Notes under the pieces: generated by a model
Told to the model about the DNA's origin: nothing
The model's database searches: none
What the model saw: only the letters and a program-made list of their open reading frames with translations
Position numbers and translations under genes: made by a program
Shown: in pieces, positions 31,062-40,321 of the stretch
Layout of the letters: the number at the start of each line of letters is the position of its first letter
How positions within the stretch are numbered: position 1 is the stretch's first letter
Assembly: GCA_951813565.1 (NCBI GenBank)
Contig: OX638351.1
Coordinates: 4,896,001 to 4,960,000 of the forward strand
DNA length: 64,000 nt
Source: an uncultured Poribacteria bacterium
GTDB lineage: Bacteria; Poribacteria; WGA-4E; WGA-3G
Direction: 5' to 3'

Positions 31062-31895
31062 ATGAACAAAATACCCTTTATGAAACTCAGTGGTGCGGGT
31101 AACGACTTCGTTATCATCAATAATTTAAGCAAAATCGTTGATAGCACAGATTCAGAATTCATGAATTTCGTTACAAAGGTATGCCAACGTCGTATGTCAG
31201 TTGGTGCTGATGGCGTGCTACTCGTTGAACCGACAGAAAATGTTGATTTTCGGATGCGTTACTTCAATGCCGATGGTGGCGAGGTTGAAACTTGTGGAAA
31301 CGGCGCGAGGTGTATCTCTAAATTCGCTTACCTGAAAGGTATCGTTTCAGAACAGATGCGGTTTCTAACAAATGCTGGTATTTATGAAGCCGAAGTAGTC
31401 GGTGATAACGTTAAAGTACGAATGAGCGACCCGACAGATATTCGGATTAATGTCCCACTTCGGCTTGAAGACGGTATCCATAATGTAGGTTTTACGAATA
31501 GTGGTGTGCCGCATGTCGTGTTCTTTGTAGATGATTTGGTAGCAACCGATGTTTTTGATCTCGGACAACAAACGCGTTATCATAACGATTTTAAGCCTGC
31601 TGGCACAAATGCGAATTTTATCCGTATCCACTCACAGGAACTAATTGAAATTCGGACTTACGAACGAGGCGTTGAAAATGAGACGCTTGCATGTGGCACG
31701 GGGTCTATTGCTTCTGCAATTGTTTCTGCAACTTTAGGCAAGGTTAAATCGCCTGTCTCCGTCAAAACAGCAAGTGGTGTTGTCTTAAAGATTCATTTTG
31801 ATTTGGAAAATGACGAAGCAAAAAACGTCTATCTTGAAGGCGATGCGCGCGTTATATTTGCAGGCGAACTCACATCGGAAGCATGGGATTATTAG
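31062..31895 (+). CDS. dapF: Diaminopimelate epimerase
   Basis: GAGNDF, NADGGEVETCGNGARC, GVPH and ERGVENETLACGTG. Confidence 0.97.
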   Translation: MNKIPFMKLSGAGNDFVIINNLSKIVDSTDSEFMNFVTKVCQRRMSVGADGVLLVEPTENVDFRMRYFNADGGEVETCGNGARCISKFAYLKGIVSEQMRFLTNAGIYEAEVVGDNVKVRMSDPTDIRINVPLRLEDGIHNVGFTNSGVPHVVFFVDDLVATDVFDLGQQTRYHNDFKPAGTNANFIRIHSQELIEIRTYERGVENETLACGTGSIASAIVSATLGKVKSPVSVKTASGVVLKIHFDLENDEAKNVYLEGDARVIFAGELTSEAWDY

Positions 31896-31942
31896 AAGTA
31901 GTAGGCACGCCAATGTGCTGTAGTTAACAAAGGAGGATTTAA

Positions 31943-32818
31943 ATGTTTGAGGGCTCTTATGTTGCACTCGTCACACCATTTAAGGACGATGAATCGTTAG
32001 ATGAAGCGAAACTCAAAGAACTGATTCAGTTTCAGATTGAAGGCGGCACACACGGCATCGTCCCGTGTGGAACAACAGGTGAATCCCCCGCACTTTCAGA
32101 AGCTGAACATGACAGAGTTATAGAAATCACCGTTGAAACGGTGGATGGTCGGCTACCTGTCATCGCAGGCACAGGTTCTAATTCAACAACACGCACGCTG
32201 CGCGCGACAGAACACGCCAAAGCAGCTGGTGCGGATGCCGCACTTATAGTAACCCCTTATTACAATAAACCCACCCAAGAGGGATTATACGCGCACTATA
32301 TGAAAATCGCTGACACAGTTGACATCCCGATTGTTGTCTACAATGTTCCCGGACGATGCGGCACGGACATCCTTTCACCAACCATTGCGCGTCTTGCTGA
32401 GCATCCAAACATCGTTGCGCTCAAAGAGGCGACAGGTGAACTCAAACGCGCAAGTGAAGTCGTCAATCTATGTCCCGATGATTTCGTTGTCCTCTCAGGC
32501 GATGATGTCAACACACTGCCGATTATGGCAGTAGGTGGAAAAGGAGTTATCTCGGTTGTTGCTAATGTGTCTCCCTGCGATGTCGCGGAGATGTGTAACG
32601 CCTTTCATGCTGGAAATCTTGAACTTGCTCGTAAACTTCACTATAAAACCTTGCCATTAGCAGTTAATCTGTTTATTGAAACGAACCCTATTCCAGCAAA
32701 AACAGCGTTGATGCTAATGGATAAACTGAACGGAAAAGTGCGTCTCCCGCTTGCACCAATGGTGCCTGCGAATCTCGAATCACTCCGCAATACACTTGTG
32801 GAAACAGGATTGATTTAA
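31943..32818 (+). CDS. dapA: 4-hydroxy-tetrahydrodipicolinate synthase
   Basis: ALVTPF, GTTGES, PYYNKP, YNVPGR, LKEA and ETNPIP. Confidence 0.97.
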   Translation: MFEGSYVALVTPFKDDESLDEAKLKELIQFQIEGGTHGIVPCGTTGESPALSEAEHDRVIEITVETVDGRLPVIAGTGSNSTTRTLRATEHAKAAGADAALIVTPYYNKPTQEGLYAHYMKIADTVDIPIVVYNVPGRCGTDILSPTIARLAEHPNIVALKEATGELKRASEVVNLCPDDFVVLSGDDVNTLPIMAVGGKGVISVVANVSPCDVAEMCNAFHAGNLELARKLHYKTLPLAVNLFIETNPIPAKTALMLMDKLNGKVRLPLAPMVPANLESLRNTLVETGLI

Positions 32819-32825
32819 TTGTGCT

Positions 32826-33212
32826 ATGCTAAGTAAAAGCAGATTGTTTAATACCGATACAAACAGGACTCAAAGACATTTTTCGCAGTATTCCATCAAG
32901 TGGTTTTCACTGTATGCAATCGGTTTCTCTACATTCATTTGGTCTATGGTCCTTGATTGGAGTCTGCTGGAATCGTGGATTCCATTATCCATATTTATTG
33001 TGGTGTTAGTTGCGAATGCAATACCTATCCTATTTTTGGTATCTTTCAGCCGAAAACGCAAAACTACCAATGGACTTTCCCGAATCTACCCCTATATCAA
33101 CGCATTATTATATGTTGGACTTGCAACTATTGCTGCATTAATCGGTTGGTTTGGAGGGACATTGATGGTGAAATTCATAGAATTAGGATCTACAGAGAAT
33201 TTTATATTCTAA
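32826..33212 (+). CDS. Hypothetical membrane protein
   Basis: 128 aa with three hydrophobic segments, directly after dapA. Confidence 0.55.
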   Translation: MLSKSRLFNTDTNRTQRHFSQYSIKWFSLYAIGFSTFIWSMVLDWSLLESWIPLSIFIVVLVANAIPILFLVSFSRKRKTTNGLSRIYPYINALLYVGLATIAALIGWFGGTLMVKFIELGSTENFIF

Positions 33213-33299
33213 TGACAACCTCTATGTCTGAATTCTTTGAATTGGGTTTGGATAAGGAGTATATTTTTCTAAAATACCTATAATCTGAATATAAGAGAA

Positions 33300-34394
33300 A
33301 TGAACATGAAAAGAGCGATAAGATTTGTACTTATAGGTGTTGGGGGTGTAATAGTATTCGTAGGCATTGCTGCCGTATATATGTTTTGGCAGATGGGGCA
33401 ACCGCTCTATACGTTCGGTTCTGTCAATGCGGTTGAAAACTTGCGAGGTCCGTTAGACCCACCAGAACAGACAGATCCATCTGTGTGGCATGTGGAATCC
33501 GATATATCCCTTCACTTTGAAGTATCCGGCAAAGGCAGACCTGTCATCATTGTTCATGGCGGTCCAGGAATTCCTTATGCAAACGCATGGAAAGGGTTAA
33601 AATCGTTAGCGGAGCAATATGCATTCTATTATTTCCACCAACGCGGTGCAGGGAATTCAACCAGACCAATTGACCGCTTTGAATCAAAAAACTATCCGAA
33701 AAATATGACTCAGCTGGAACAAACGCTTGGCATTGGCGCACAGATTGCAGATATTGAGCGGATCCGCCGCATCCTCAAAGAGGAGAAATTACTGCTCATC
33801 GGGCATTCTTTTGGCGGTTTTATTGCTGCGCTTTACGCAGCGGAATTCCCAGAACAGGTTGAAAAACTGATACTTGTCACACCTGCAGGTATGCTTACGC
33901 CGCCACAGAAGGAGAATAATATCTTTGATGCTGTTAGAGAGAGAATCCCTGAAAAAGAACTACCTAAATATGATTCACTGGTAAAGGAATACTTTAATTT
34001 TGGCAATATCTTCTCAAAATCGGATGCCGATCTCGTTGATTTACATACGCAAGTAGGGCGTTATCTTTTGAAAGGGATGGGATACGACATCTCTCTTATG
34101 GATGCACCGCCTACGCCTGGTGGCTGGAGTTCATTCGCTGTTTACTTCAGTACCGGTAAATCACCAGATTTCCGCGATGCAGTCGGACACATCACAGCAC
34201 CTACGCTAATCCTGCATGGAAAGGATGACGATATTTCGCTGAATGGTAGCAAGGAATACGAGGAATTTATTCCGAATGCGAAGTTTGTATCTATCGGTTG
34301 TACGGACACATCTACCATTTCGGGACATTTTATCTATGACGATTGTCCTGAGCAGTTTGGCGCAGCCGTCAGGAATTTCTTGACTGACGAATAA
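33300..34394 (+). CDS. Membrane-anchored alpha/beta hydrolase (proline iminopeptidase-like)
   Basis: N-terminal TM, HGGPG, GHSFGG, LHGKDD and SGH. Confidence 0.88.
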   Translation: MNMKRAIRFVLIGVGGVIVFVGIAAVYMFWQMGQPLYTFGSVNAVENLRGPLDPPEQTDPSVWHVESDISLHFEVSGKGRPVIIVHGGPGIPYANAWKGLKSLAEQYAFYYFHQRGAGNSTRPIDRFESKNYPKNMTQLEQTLGIGAQIADIERIRRILKEEKLLLIGHSFGGFIAALYAAEFPEQVEKLILVTPAGMLTPPQKENNIFDAVRERIPEKELPKYDSLVKEYFNFGNIFSKSDADLVDLHTQVGRYLLKGMGYDISLMDAPPTPGGWSSFAVYFSTGKSPDFRDAVGHITAPTLILHGKDDDISLNGSKEYEEFIPNAKFVSIGCTDTSTISGHFIYDDCPEQFGAAVRNFLTDE

Positions 34395-35289
34395 ACGCAT
34401 CAATCTTTGATGAGTGCGTCTCAAAATCTCTTTCCGCTAACGATTTCAGATTTTCTGACTGCACAACAGTATCTATATCCCAAAAATCTATTGTCGGATC
34501 AATCCGTAAATAATTATCCTTCAGTAGAAGTTTCATCATATTTGCGGATGCCTGAGATTGCAATGTCATTACGTAAGAAACTAACTTGATACCGCCCCAC
34601 CCCGATAGAAAACCCCAACCTCGTCTTTTACGATACATGGACACCGAATGTCCTGTGCCAATGGACACTATTTTAACTTGTGATGCCTCTTTTCCGAAAT
34701 TTGTGAGTGCTTCCGTATAGGCAGCAACAGAAGGGTTGTTTGCCCATAAACCGCCATCTGCTAACAGATGTTTTTTTACCTGTTTAGGTGCGAAAAATGT
34801 CGGCGCAGCACAAGACGCAACAATCGCATCTCTTAGGCAAACGTCTCCATCTGAATAATCAGATTCTCCAAGTTTTTCGGCATAATTTGATCTAAAAATG
34901 TGCAGCTCACTCTTTGTAATCTCCGAAGTTGTTATCATCAAGGGTTTTGATATTTCTGATAAGGGTTTTGCAGGTATATGTTTAGCAATAATCTGCGCGA
35001 GGTTTTCATTTGAATACTTACTAAAAAACAACGGATTCCGATACCACCTTTCTCGGAATATATCGGGTGCTTCAATCTCAAAGAGTTCTACTATCTCATC
35101 CATTGGAATATCGGACACAACAGCACCGGCGATAATCGCGCCTGTGCTTGTCCCAACGATAAGATCAAAACAGTCTTTGATACGCACATCAAGCAGCTGC
35201 TCTACTTTGTTTAGGAGTTGGGCGGAGTAGATGCCGCGGGTGCCGCCGCCATCTAAAGCAAGGATATGAAAAGTGTCCGCGTTATTCAT
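34369..35289 (-). CDS. Patatin-like phospholipase
   Basis: LDGGGTRG, GTSTG, ASCAAPTFF, DGGLWANNP and SIGTG. Confidence 0.93.
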   Translation of the reverse strand: MNNADTFHILALDGGGTRGIYSAQLLNKVEQLLDVRIKDCFDLIVGTSTGAIIAGAVVSDIPMDEIVELFEIEAPDIFRERWYRNPLFFSKYSNENLAQIIAKHIPAKPLSEISKPLMITTSEITKSELHIFRSNYAEKLGESDYSDGDVCLRDAIVASCAAPTFFAPKQVKKHLLADGGLWANNPSVAAYTEALTNFGKEASQVKIVSIGTGHSVSMYRKRRGWGFLSGWGGIKLVSYVMTLQSQASANMMKLLLKDNYLRIDPTIDFWDIDTVVQSENLKSLAERDFETHSSKIDAFIRQSRNS

Positions 35290-35420
35290 TGAGTGCCTCT
35301 CTTAGTCTTTTGTCATAATCAAGTTACCACATCTGTTTGCCAAAATCAACTGATTTTCGGTTTGACTTGAATTAACTATATATGGTAAAATCGCTTATGT
35401 ATTAAGGGAGTGGGCAGTAA

Positions 35421-35857
35421 CACCACATTAACTTGATTCATATTTATGGAGCAGTTAGGAAAACGCACCTTATGCGTCAATTTAAGGATATACCCTCTTG
35501 TGGGAGCGAATCAACGCAGCATGCGCGTTTGGCATGCTGCCAAATCAACGCCAAATGCGCTTTTTGGCATTTGTCCAAATCAACGCAGCATGCGCGTTTG
35601 GCATGCTGCGGGTTTTCAACCCCGATTTTCTTCTGTAGGAGCGACCTCCCGGTCGCGAGCTGGAGCTCGCTCCTACAGAATGTCCGAGGCGACAAGTCAT
35701 GGCGAATACCACGCGTATTCGCCCAAGTGCGCTTGGCGTTGATTTGGCAATGAATTGCACGACTACAAACGCTTTTTTTCTTAAATTGACAGTTATGGAG
35801 CGGTTAGGAAACCGCACCTACCGTCCGGAAAATGCGATAAATCCCGTTAATTTGGTA
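35421..35857. mobile_element. Composite MITE: copy of 8195-8528 plus 103 bp of three tandem hairpin units
   Basis: TAA target duplication; inner long-TSD MITE at 35469-35797; units at 35507-35609. Confidence 0.85.
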
Positions 35858-35917
35858 TAAGTAGCACATTTATTGACTCAAGATATTCTACAGAGAACCC
35901 TGTGAAGGCGGTGAAAT

Positions 35918-37063
35918 ATGAAAGAGAAACCAAAAGAAAAGCTCAATCAGACACTAGAACCTCCTGTAGATGAGGAGACAAACGGTTCAGATAAAAACCC
36001 AGAAACTGAACCTCCTATTGACACCTCAATTCAACACCAATTCAATGAACTAAAGCGCGATTATCTGAACGACCGTTCCAATTCAATTAATCGGTTGTTA
36101 GTCTTTATCTGCATAGTGCTTGTCTTTTTTACGATTGCAATTCCGATTGTAACAGGTATTGCCGCGTATTTAGTCTATGAAAAGTTTGAGAGCATACAAT
36201 CTCAAATGCTAATACATGTGAATGAAGCGAGCAAACAGGCTACCGAGGCAGAAAAACATGCTAACCAAGCTGCGCAATATCTAAAGGAAATAAAGGAGCA
36301 CCAAACCGAACTGAAAGTTATTATATCCAAGTTAACGAGTAAAGATTTCAGCAATCCGAATAAGGTTGAAATTTTCAAGACAACTATTGAAGGTATTCAA
36401 AAAAATCCTGACCTATCCCTTGAAGACAAGGCTATCATTGAGGCTTACAGACTGCAGAATGCTGGCGAAATTCCAGAAGCAATTGAGAAATGGAGATCTA
36501 TCGCTAATACTGCTAAAGGTTTCAATGACGATCTTGTCGCCCGTGCATTCTTCTCAATTGGCTACCTCCATTCTGAGCAAAATGAAAATGATCAGGCACT
36601 TTCTGCTTTCGACCAAGCAATTGAACTGATGCCAGATTTTGCTGATGCGTACACCGGTCGCGGTATTGTAAAAAGTGCACTTGGAAACGCTGAGGAAGCT
36701 ATTGCTGATCACGACGAAGCGATACGTTTGAAACCCGATTTTGCTGAGGCGTACATCAATCGCGGCACAGCGAAGCGCGCACTCAAAAAATATGAGGAAG
36801 CGATCGCTGACTTTGACGAAGCGATCCATCTTAATCCGAATTCTGCTTCTGCCTACACGCATCGTGGCGTGTCAAAGAATGCACTCGGTAAATCTCAGGA
36901 GGCGATTGCTGACCATGACGAGGCTATCCGTCTCAATCCGAATTTCGTTGAGGCATATATCAATCGCGGTGCAGCAAAGCGAGAATTGGGGCAGATGAGC
37001 GAAGCAGAGAAGGATATGCAAAAGGCATTGCAACTCGCGCAGGAGCAGGAGGAGAAGCCTTAA
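35918..37063 (+). CDS. Membrane-anchored coiled-coil plus TPR protein
   Basis: TM segment followed by 34-aa repeats (AEAYINRG..K..L..YEEAIADFDEAI.LNP). Confidence 0.9.
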   Translation: MKEKPKEKLNQTLEPPVDEETNGSDKNPETEPPIDTSIQHQFNELKRDYLNDRSNSINRLLVFICIVLVFFTIAIPIVTGIAAYLVYEKFESIQSQMLIHVNEASKQATEAEKHANQAAQYLKEIKEHQTELKVIISKLTSKDFSNPNKVEIFKTTIEGIQKNPDLSLEDKAIIEAYRLQNAGEIPEAIEKWRSIANTAKGFNDDLVARAFFSIGYLHSEQNENDQALSAFDQAIELMPDFADAYTGRGIVKSALGNAEEAIADHDEAIRLKPDFAEAYINRGTAKRALKKYEEAIADFDEAIHLNPNSASAYTHRGVSKNALGKSQEAIADHDEAIRLNPNFVEAYINRGAAKRELGQMSEAEKDMQKALQLAQEQEEKP

Positions 37064-37092
37064 CATAATCTGCAGATTGAAATCTCTTTTTC

Positions 37093-37121
37093 TTGAAATC
37101 TTTCACAAATTGATGTATAAT
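37093..37121 (+). promoter_or_regulatory. Sigma70-type promoter for the higB cassette
   Basis: TTGAAA-17 bp-TATAAT. Confidence 0.55.
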
Positions 37122-37270
37122 TTTCGCGGTAATTAACACGATGGTAAGTGGAGGTTTATTTTTGCGTGTGATAACGTTCTTCCTATCAGAACATCTAAGT
37201 TCGCTTGTGTTATCAGCATTTGATAACAATCGTTTACACTCGCAATTCGCATTTTTGAGATAGGTTGACA

Positions 37271-37612
37271 ATGCAGATTATTTTTGAACATAAACTTACT
37301 GAATTTGCAGAACGACATTCAACCTCCAGACCGGGACTTCTCCGTTGGATCAACTTGATACAACAAAAAAATTTCAGTTCGGTAACTGCATTGCGGGAAA
37401 CTTTTCCTCACGCGGACCTCGTAAAAAAAGAAACACATGTTCAACTAAGACATCAGGTTCCTTACAGCAACCGAGAAACAACGTTTACAGTTTTCAACAT
37501 TGGCGGTAACAAAGCGCGACTTATTACAATTATGCGATATAAGTCTCGGCAAGTTGTCATTCATGAAGTGCTGACACACGCCGAGTACGATGCATGGAAC
37601 AAGAAGAGGTAA
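37271..37612 (+). CDS. higB: HigB family toxin (mRNA interferase)
   Basis: LRETFPHADLV..TVFNIGGNKARLI..VLTHAEYD signature. Confidence 0.88.
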   Translation: MQIIFEHKLTEFAERHSTSRPGLLRWINLIQQKNFSSVTALRETFPHADLVKKETHVQLRHQVPYSNRETTFTVFNIGGNKARLITIMRYKSRQVVIHEVLTHAEYDAWNKKR

Positions 37613-37618
37613 CGAACA

Positions 37619-38710
37619 ATGTCAACTGGAATGCCAATTCCGAAAGATATATTGTCAACATTTACGCCTTTTGGACCATCAGTTTTAGATGCAGACGTCT
37701 TGTCAGATCAGGTGTTACATGCGTCAATACAACCTATTACCAAGAAATTTGTGCATGTTACGCCTTATCCGGAAAGTGCTGTTAAGTGGCTCATAAGTTT
37801 ATTAGACCTATTCGCTGGTATCGTGAATCGGAACGAAGACCTTAGTCGTATTGTAATAACGGAAACCGAGTACCAACAACTTTCAGAATTCTTAGACGAT
37901 TTAATCTATAGTGCCGGTGAAGACGAAAATCACCCCTTGTCGGCAACAATGACAATGGTCGGTATCCTTATTAAGATGTATGAGGATCAACATTTTCCAA
38001 AGTTAGATACACTCTTTCCTGAACTTGCAGAAGGTGCATCCGATGAAGCTGTTAGCAACAATAGGGATGCGACTACTACCATATCAGGACAGATTGACAC
38101 AGATTTTGTCATTGTACTCTTTTCGATTGGTTGTCTTCTTTGGACGGGCGGCAAGTTCAAAAAAGCTATTTCTGCCTATGACTTGGCAATTAGTATAAAT
38201 CCTGATTATGCCAGTATCCACACAAGTCGGGGTGAAGCAAAGTCCAGTCTAAATAACTTTACGGGCGCAAAGGAAGACCTCCAGAGTGCATTGAAACTCA
38301 CGGAAAAACAAGGAGAAGATAACTTCAGCACTGCCATTAAGGAACGACTTGAGGAACTTGATGTGGTAGAGGCTGCTGTTGCCTATCTTTCAGCATCCAA
38401 ATTCTCGAAATTTTCCATTCTTAGAGAGTGTAAAATCCAGATGGGAACAATCCATAGCAGAGCCGATATTGTGCTTTGCGATGCAGAAGGAAATTTTATA
38501 GCTATCGTAGAGTGCAAATTGCTTGCAGGTTCCGGACATGGTGAATATAATCACGAGCCACTAAAGAGTTATCTCTGTGCAACCGACACGCTATTCGGTA
38601 TATTTGCTTCTAACATAAATCCAGATTCATGGATTTTCTATGAAAATTTGCGTCACAATCGATTTCGGCAAATTAAGCGTTCTGATTTTGAGAAGCGGGT
38701 TCTTAAGTAA
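37619..38710 (+). CDS. Fusion of a HigA-like N-terminal domain, TPR and an HsdR-N-like PD-(D/E)XK domain
   Basis: TETEYQQLSEFLDDL..GEDENHPL..LIKMYEDQHFP; AISAYDLAISINPDYA; RADIVL..IVECK. Confidence 0.7.
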   Translation: MSTGMPIPKDILSTFTPFGPSVLDADVLSDQVLHASIQPITKKFVHVTPYPESAVKWLISLLDLFAGIVNRNEDLSRIVITETEYQQLSEFLDDLIYSAGEDENHPLSATMTMVGILIKMYEDQHFPKLDTLFPELAEGASDEAVSNNRDATTTISGQIDTDFVIVLFSIGCLLWTGGKFKKAISAYDLAISINPDYASIHTSRGEAKSSLNNFTGAKEDLQSALKLTEKQGEDNFSTAIKERLEELDVVEAAVAYLSASKFSKFSILRECKIQMGTIHSRADIVLCDAEGNFIAIVECKLLAGSGHGEYNHEPLKSYLCATDTLFGIFASNINPDSWIFYENLRHNRFRQIKRSDFEKRVLK

Positions 38711-38898
38711 GCGAATAATCTGATGCTTATATCAATCGCGGTGCAGCAAAGCGAGAATTGGGGCAGATGAGCGAAGCAGAGAAGGATATGCAAAAGGCAT
38801 TGCAACTTGCGCAGGAGCAGGAGGAGAAGCCTAAGGTTGATGGTGAGTAAAGGTTTTGATGGGAAGGTTATCCCTGTGCAGTGAAAAGGGGGTAAAAA

Positions 38899-40268
38899 AT
38901 GGATAAAAAACAATCGACTGAACTTGAACAACAAGAAATGATGTCGGAACATTCAGTGGAATCTGAGCAATCAGAAGATGCTTCTGATAACACGACTGGT
39001 GAAAATGTTTCCACTGATAAACGCAAAATTCTTGAACGTATTTGGACATTTAGTCTTCAGCATAAACTTTTTGCCGCTGTAACGTGTGTAGGTGTGCTTC
39101 TTGGTGGTATCGGTACATTTCTTCTCGGTATTGATGCAATTCGCCCTGATAGCTCAAATTTGAGTTTAAAGGGTGAAGAAATAGTAAAGTTCATTCAAGC
39201 TGTAAAATCCGATGAAATGGCACAAGTTGAAGAATCTCTGCAGAAGGTTGAGGAAAATAAAAGGCTTCTATTTTGGACAAGGCGGTGGTAGAAGCCTACA
39301 GATTGAAACAGGATGGGAAAATTGATGATTCCATCGAAAAATGGCGTTCTATTGCAAACATAGCTGAAGGAAATAATAACGATCTTGCCTCTGGTGCGTG
39401 GTTCTCGATTGGTTATCTCCATTCGCAGGAAGGTGAACGAAAAGAGGCTATTTCTGCATACAACGAAGCGATACGGCTAAAACCAGATTTTGCAAAAGCA
39501 TTTACTAATCGGGGTGCTGTAAAGCAAGAACTTGGTAGATATGAAGAGGCGATTGTTGACTATAATGAAGCAATACGGCTAAAACCAGATTATGCAAGAG
39601 CATACTACAATCGGGGTGTTTTTAAGTATGAACTTGGTAGATATGAAGAGGCGATTGTTGACTTCAATGAAGCAATACGGCTAAAACCTGATGATGCAGA
39701 AGCATACTACAATCGAGGTTTTGTTAAGTATAAACTTGGTAGATATGAAGAGGCGATTGTTGACTATAATGAAGCAATACGGCTAAAACCAGATTTGGCA
39801 AAAGCATATTACGATCGGGGTATTGTTAAGAAAGTACTTGGTAGATATGAAGAGGCGATTGTTGACTATAATGAAGCAATACGGCTAAAACCAGATGATG
39901 CAGAAGCATACTACAATCGAGGTTTTGTTAAGTATGCACTTGGTAAATCTGAAGAGGCGATTGTTGACTATAATGAAGCAATACGGCTAAAACCTGATTG
40001 GGCAGAAGCCTATATTATTCGCGGTAATGTAAAGGGTGAACTTGGTAGATATGAAGAGGCGATAGTTGACTGCAATGAAGCAATACGGCTAAAACCAGAT
40101 TTGGCAGAAACCTATATTATTCGCGGTGCTGCGAAAAGGATACTTGGCAATCATGAGGAAGCTAAAAGGGATTTCCAGTTCGCTTTGAAACTTGCTGAAC
40201 AGCAAGGAAACGATAACCTAAAAACTATTACAGAGAAGATGATTCAAGAACTTAAAGACAAAGAATAG
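38899..40268 (+). pseudogene. TM plus TPR-array protein, split by a one-base frameshift near 39260
   Basis: ORFs 38899-39291 and 39273-40268 overlap; adding one base gives EENKKASILDKAVVEAYRL, matching the paralog QKNPDLSLEDKAIIEAYRL. Confidence 0.75.
39531..40142 (+). repeat. Six tandem 102-bp TPR-coding units
   Basis: CTTGGTAGATATGAAGAGGCGATTGTTGACTATAATGAAGCAATACGGCTAAAACC recurs with few changes every 102 bp. Confidence 0.9.
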
Positions 40269-40321
40269 CAATTTAGACAACCCATTGATTCAGCACTTGG
40301 AAAGTTAGGCTTCTTATCAAA

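Larger units (their letters stand above)
36956..38832 (+). repeat. 105-bp direct repeat (36956-37060 and 38728-38832) bracketing a two-gene cassette
   Basis: The copies differ at one base (CTC/CTT) and encode the TPR gene C-terminus. Confidence 0.9.

Noticed and set aside
34369..35289. Complete CBASS system
   Set aside because: No CD-NTase or Cap2/Cap3 genes are nearby.
35507..35609. CRISPR array (tandem 34-35 bp palindromic units)
   Set aside because: The units abut with no unique spacers, are scattered inside REPs, and no cas genes are present.
39531..40142. Diversity-generating retroelement
   Set aside because: There is no reverse transcriptase or separate non-coding template in the window, and the variation is not limited to an adenine-only pattern.
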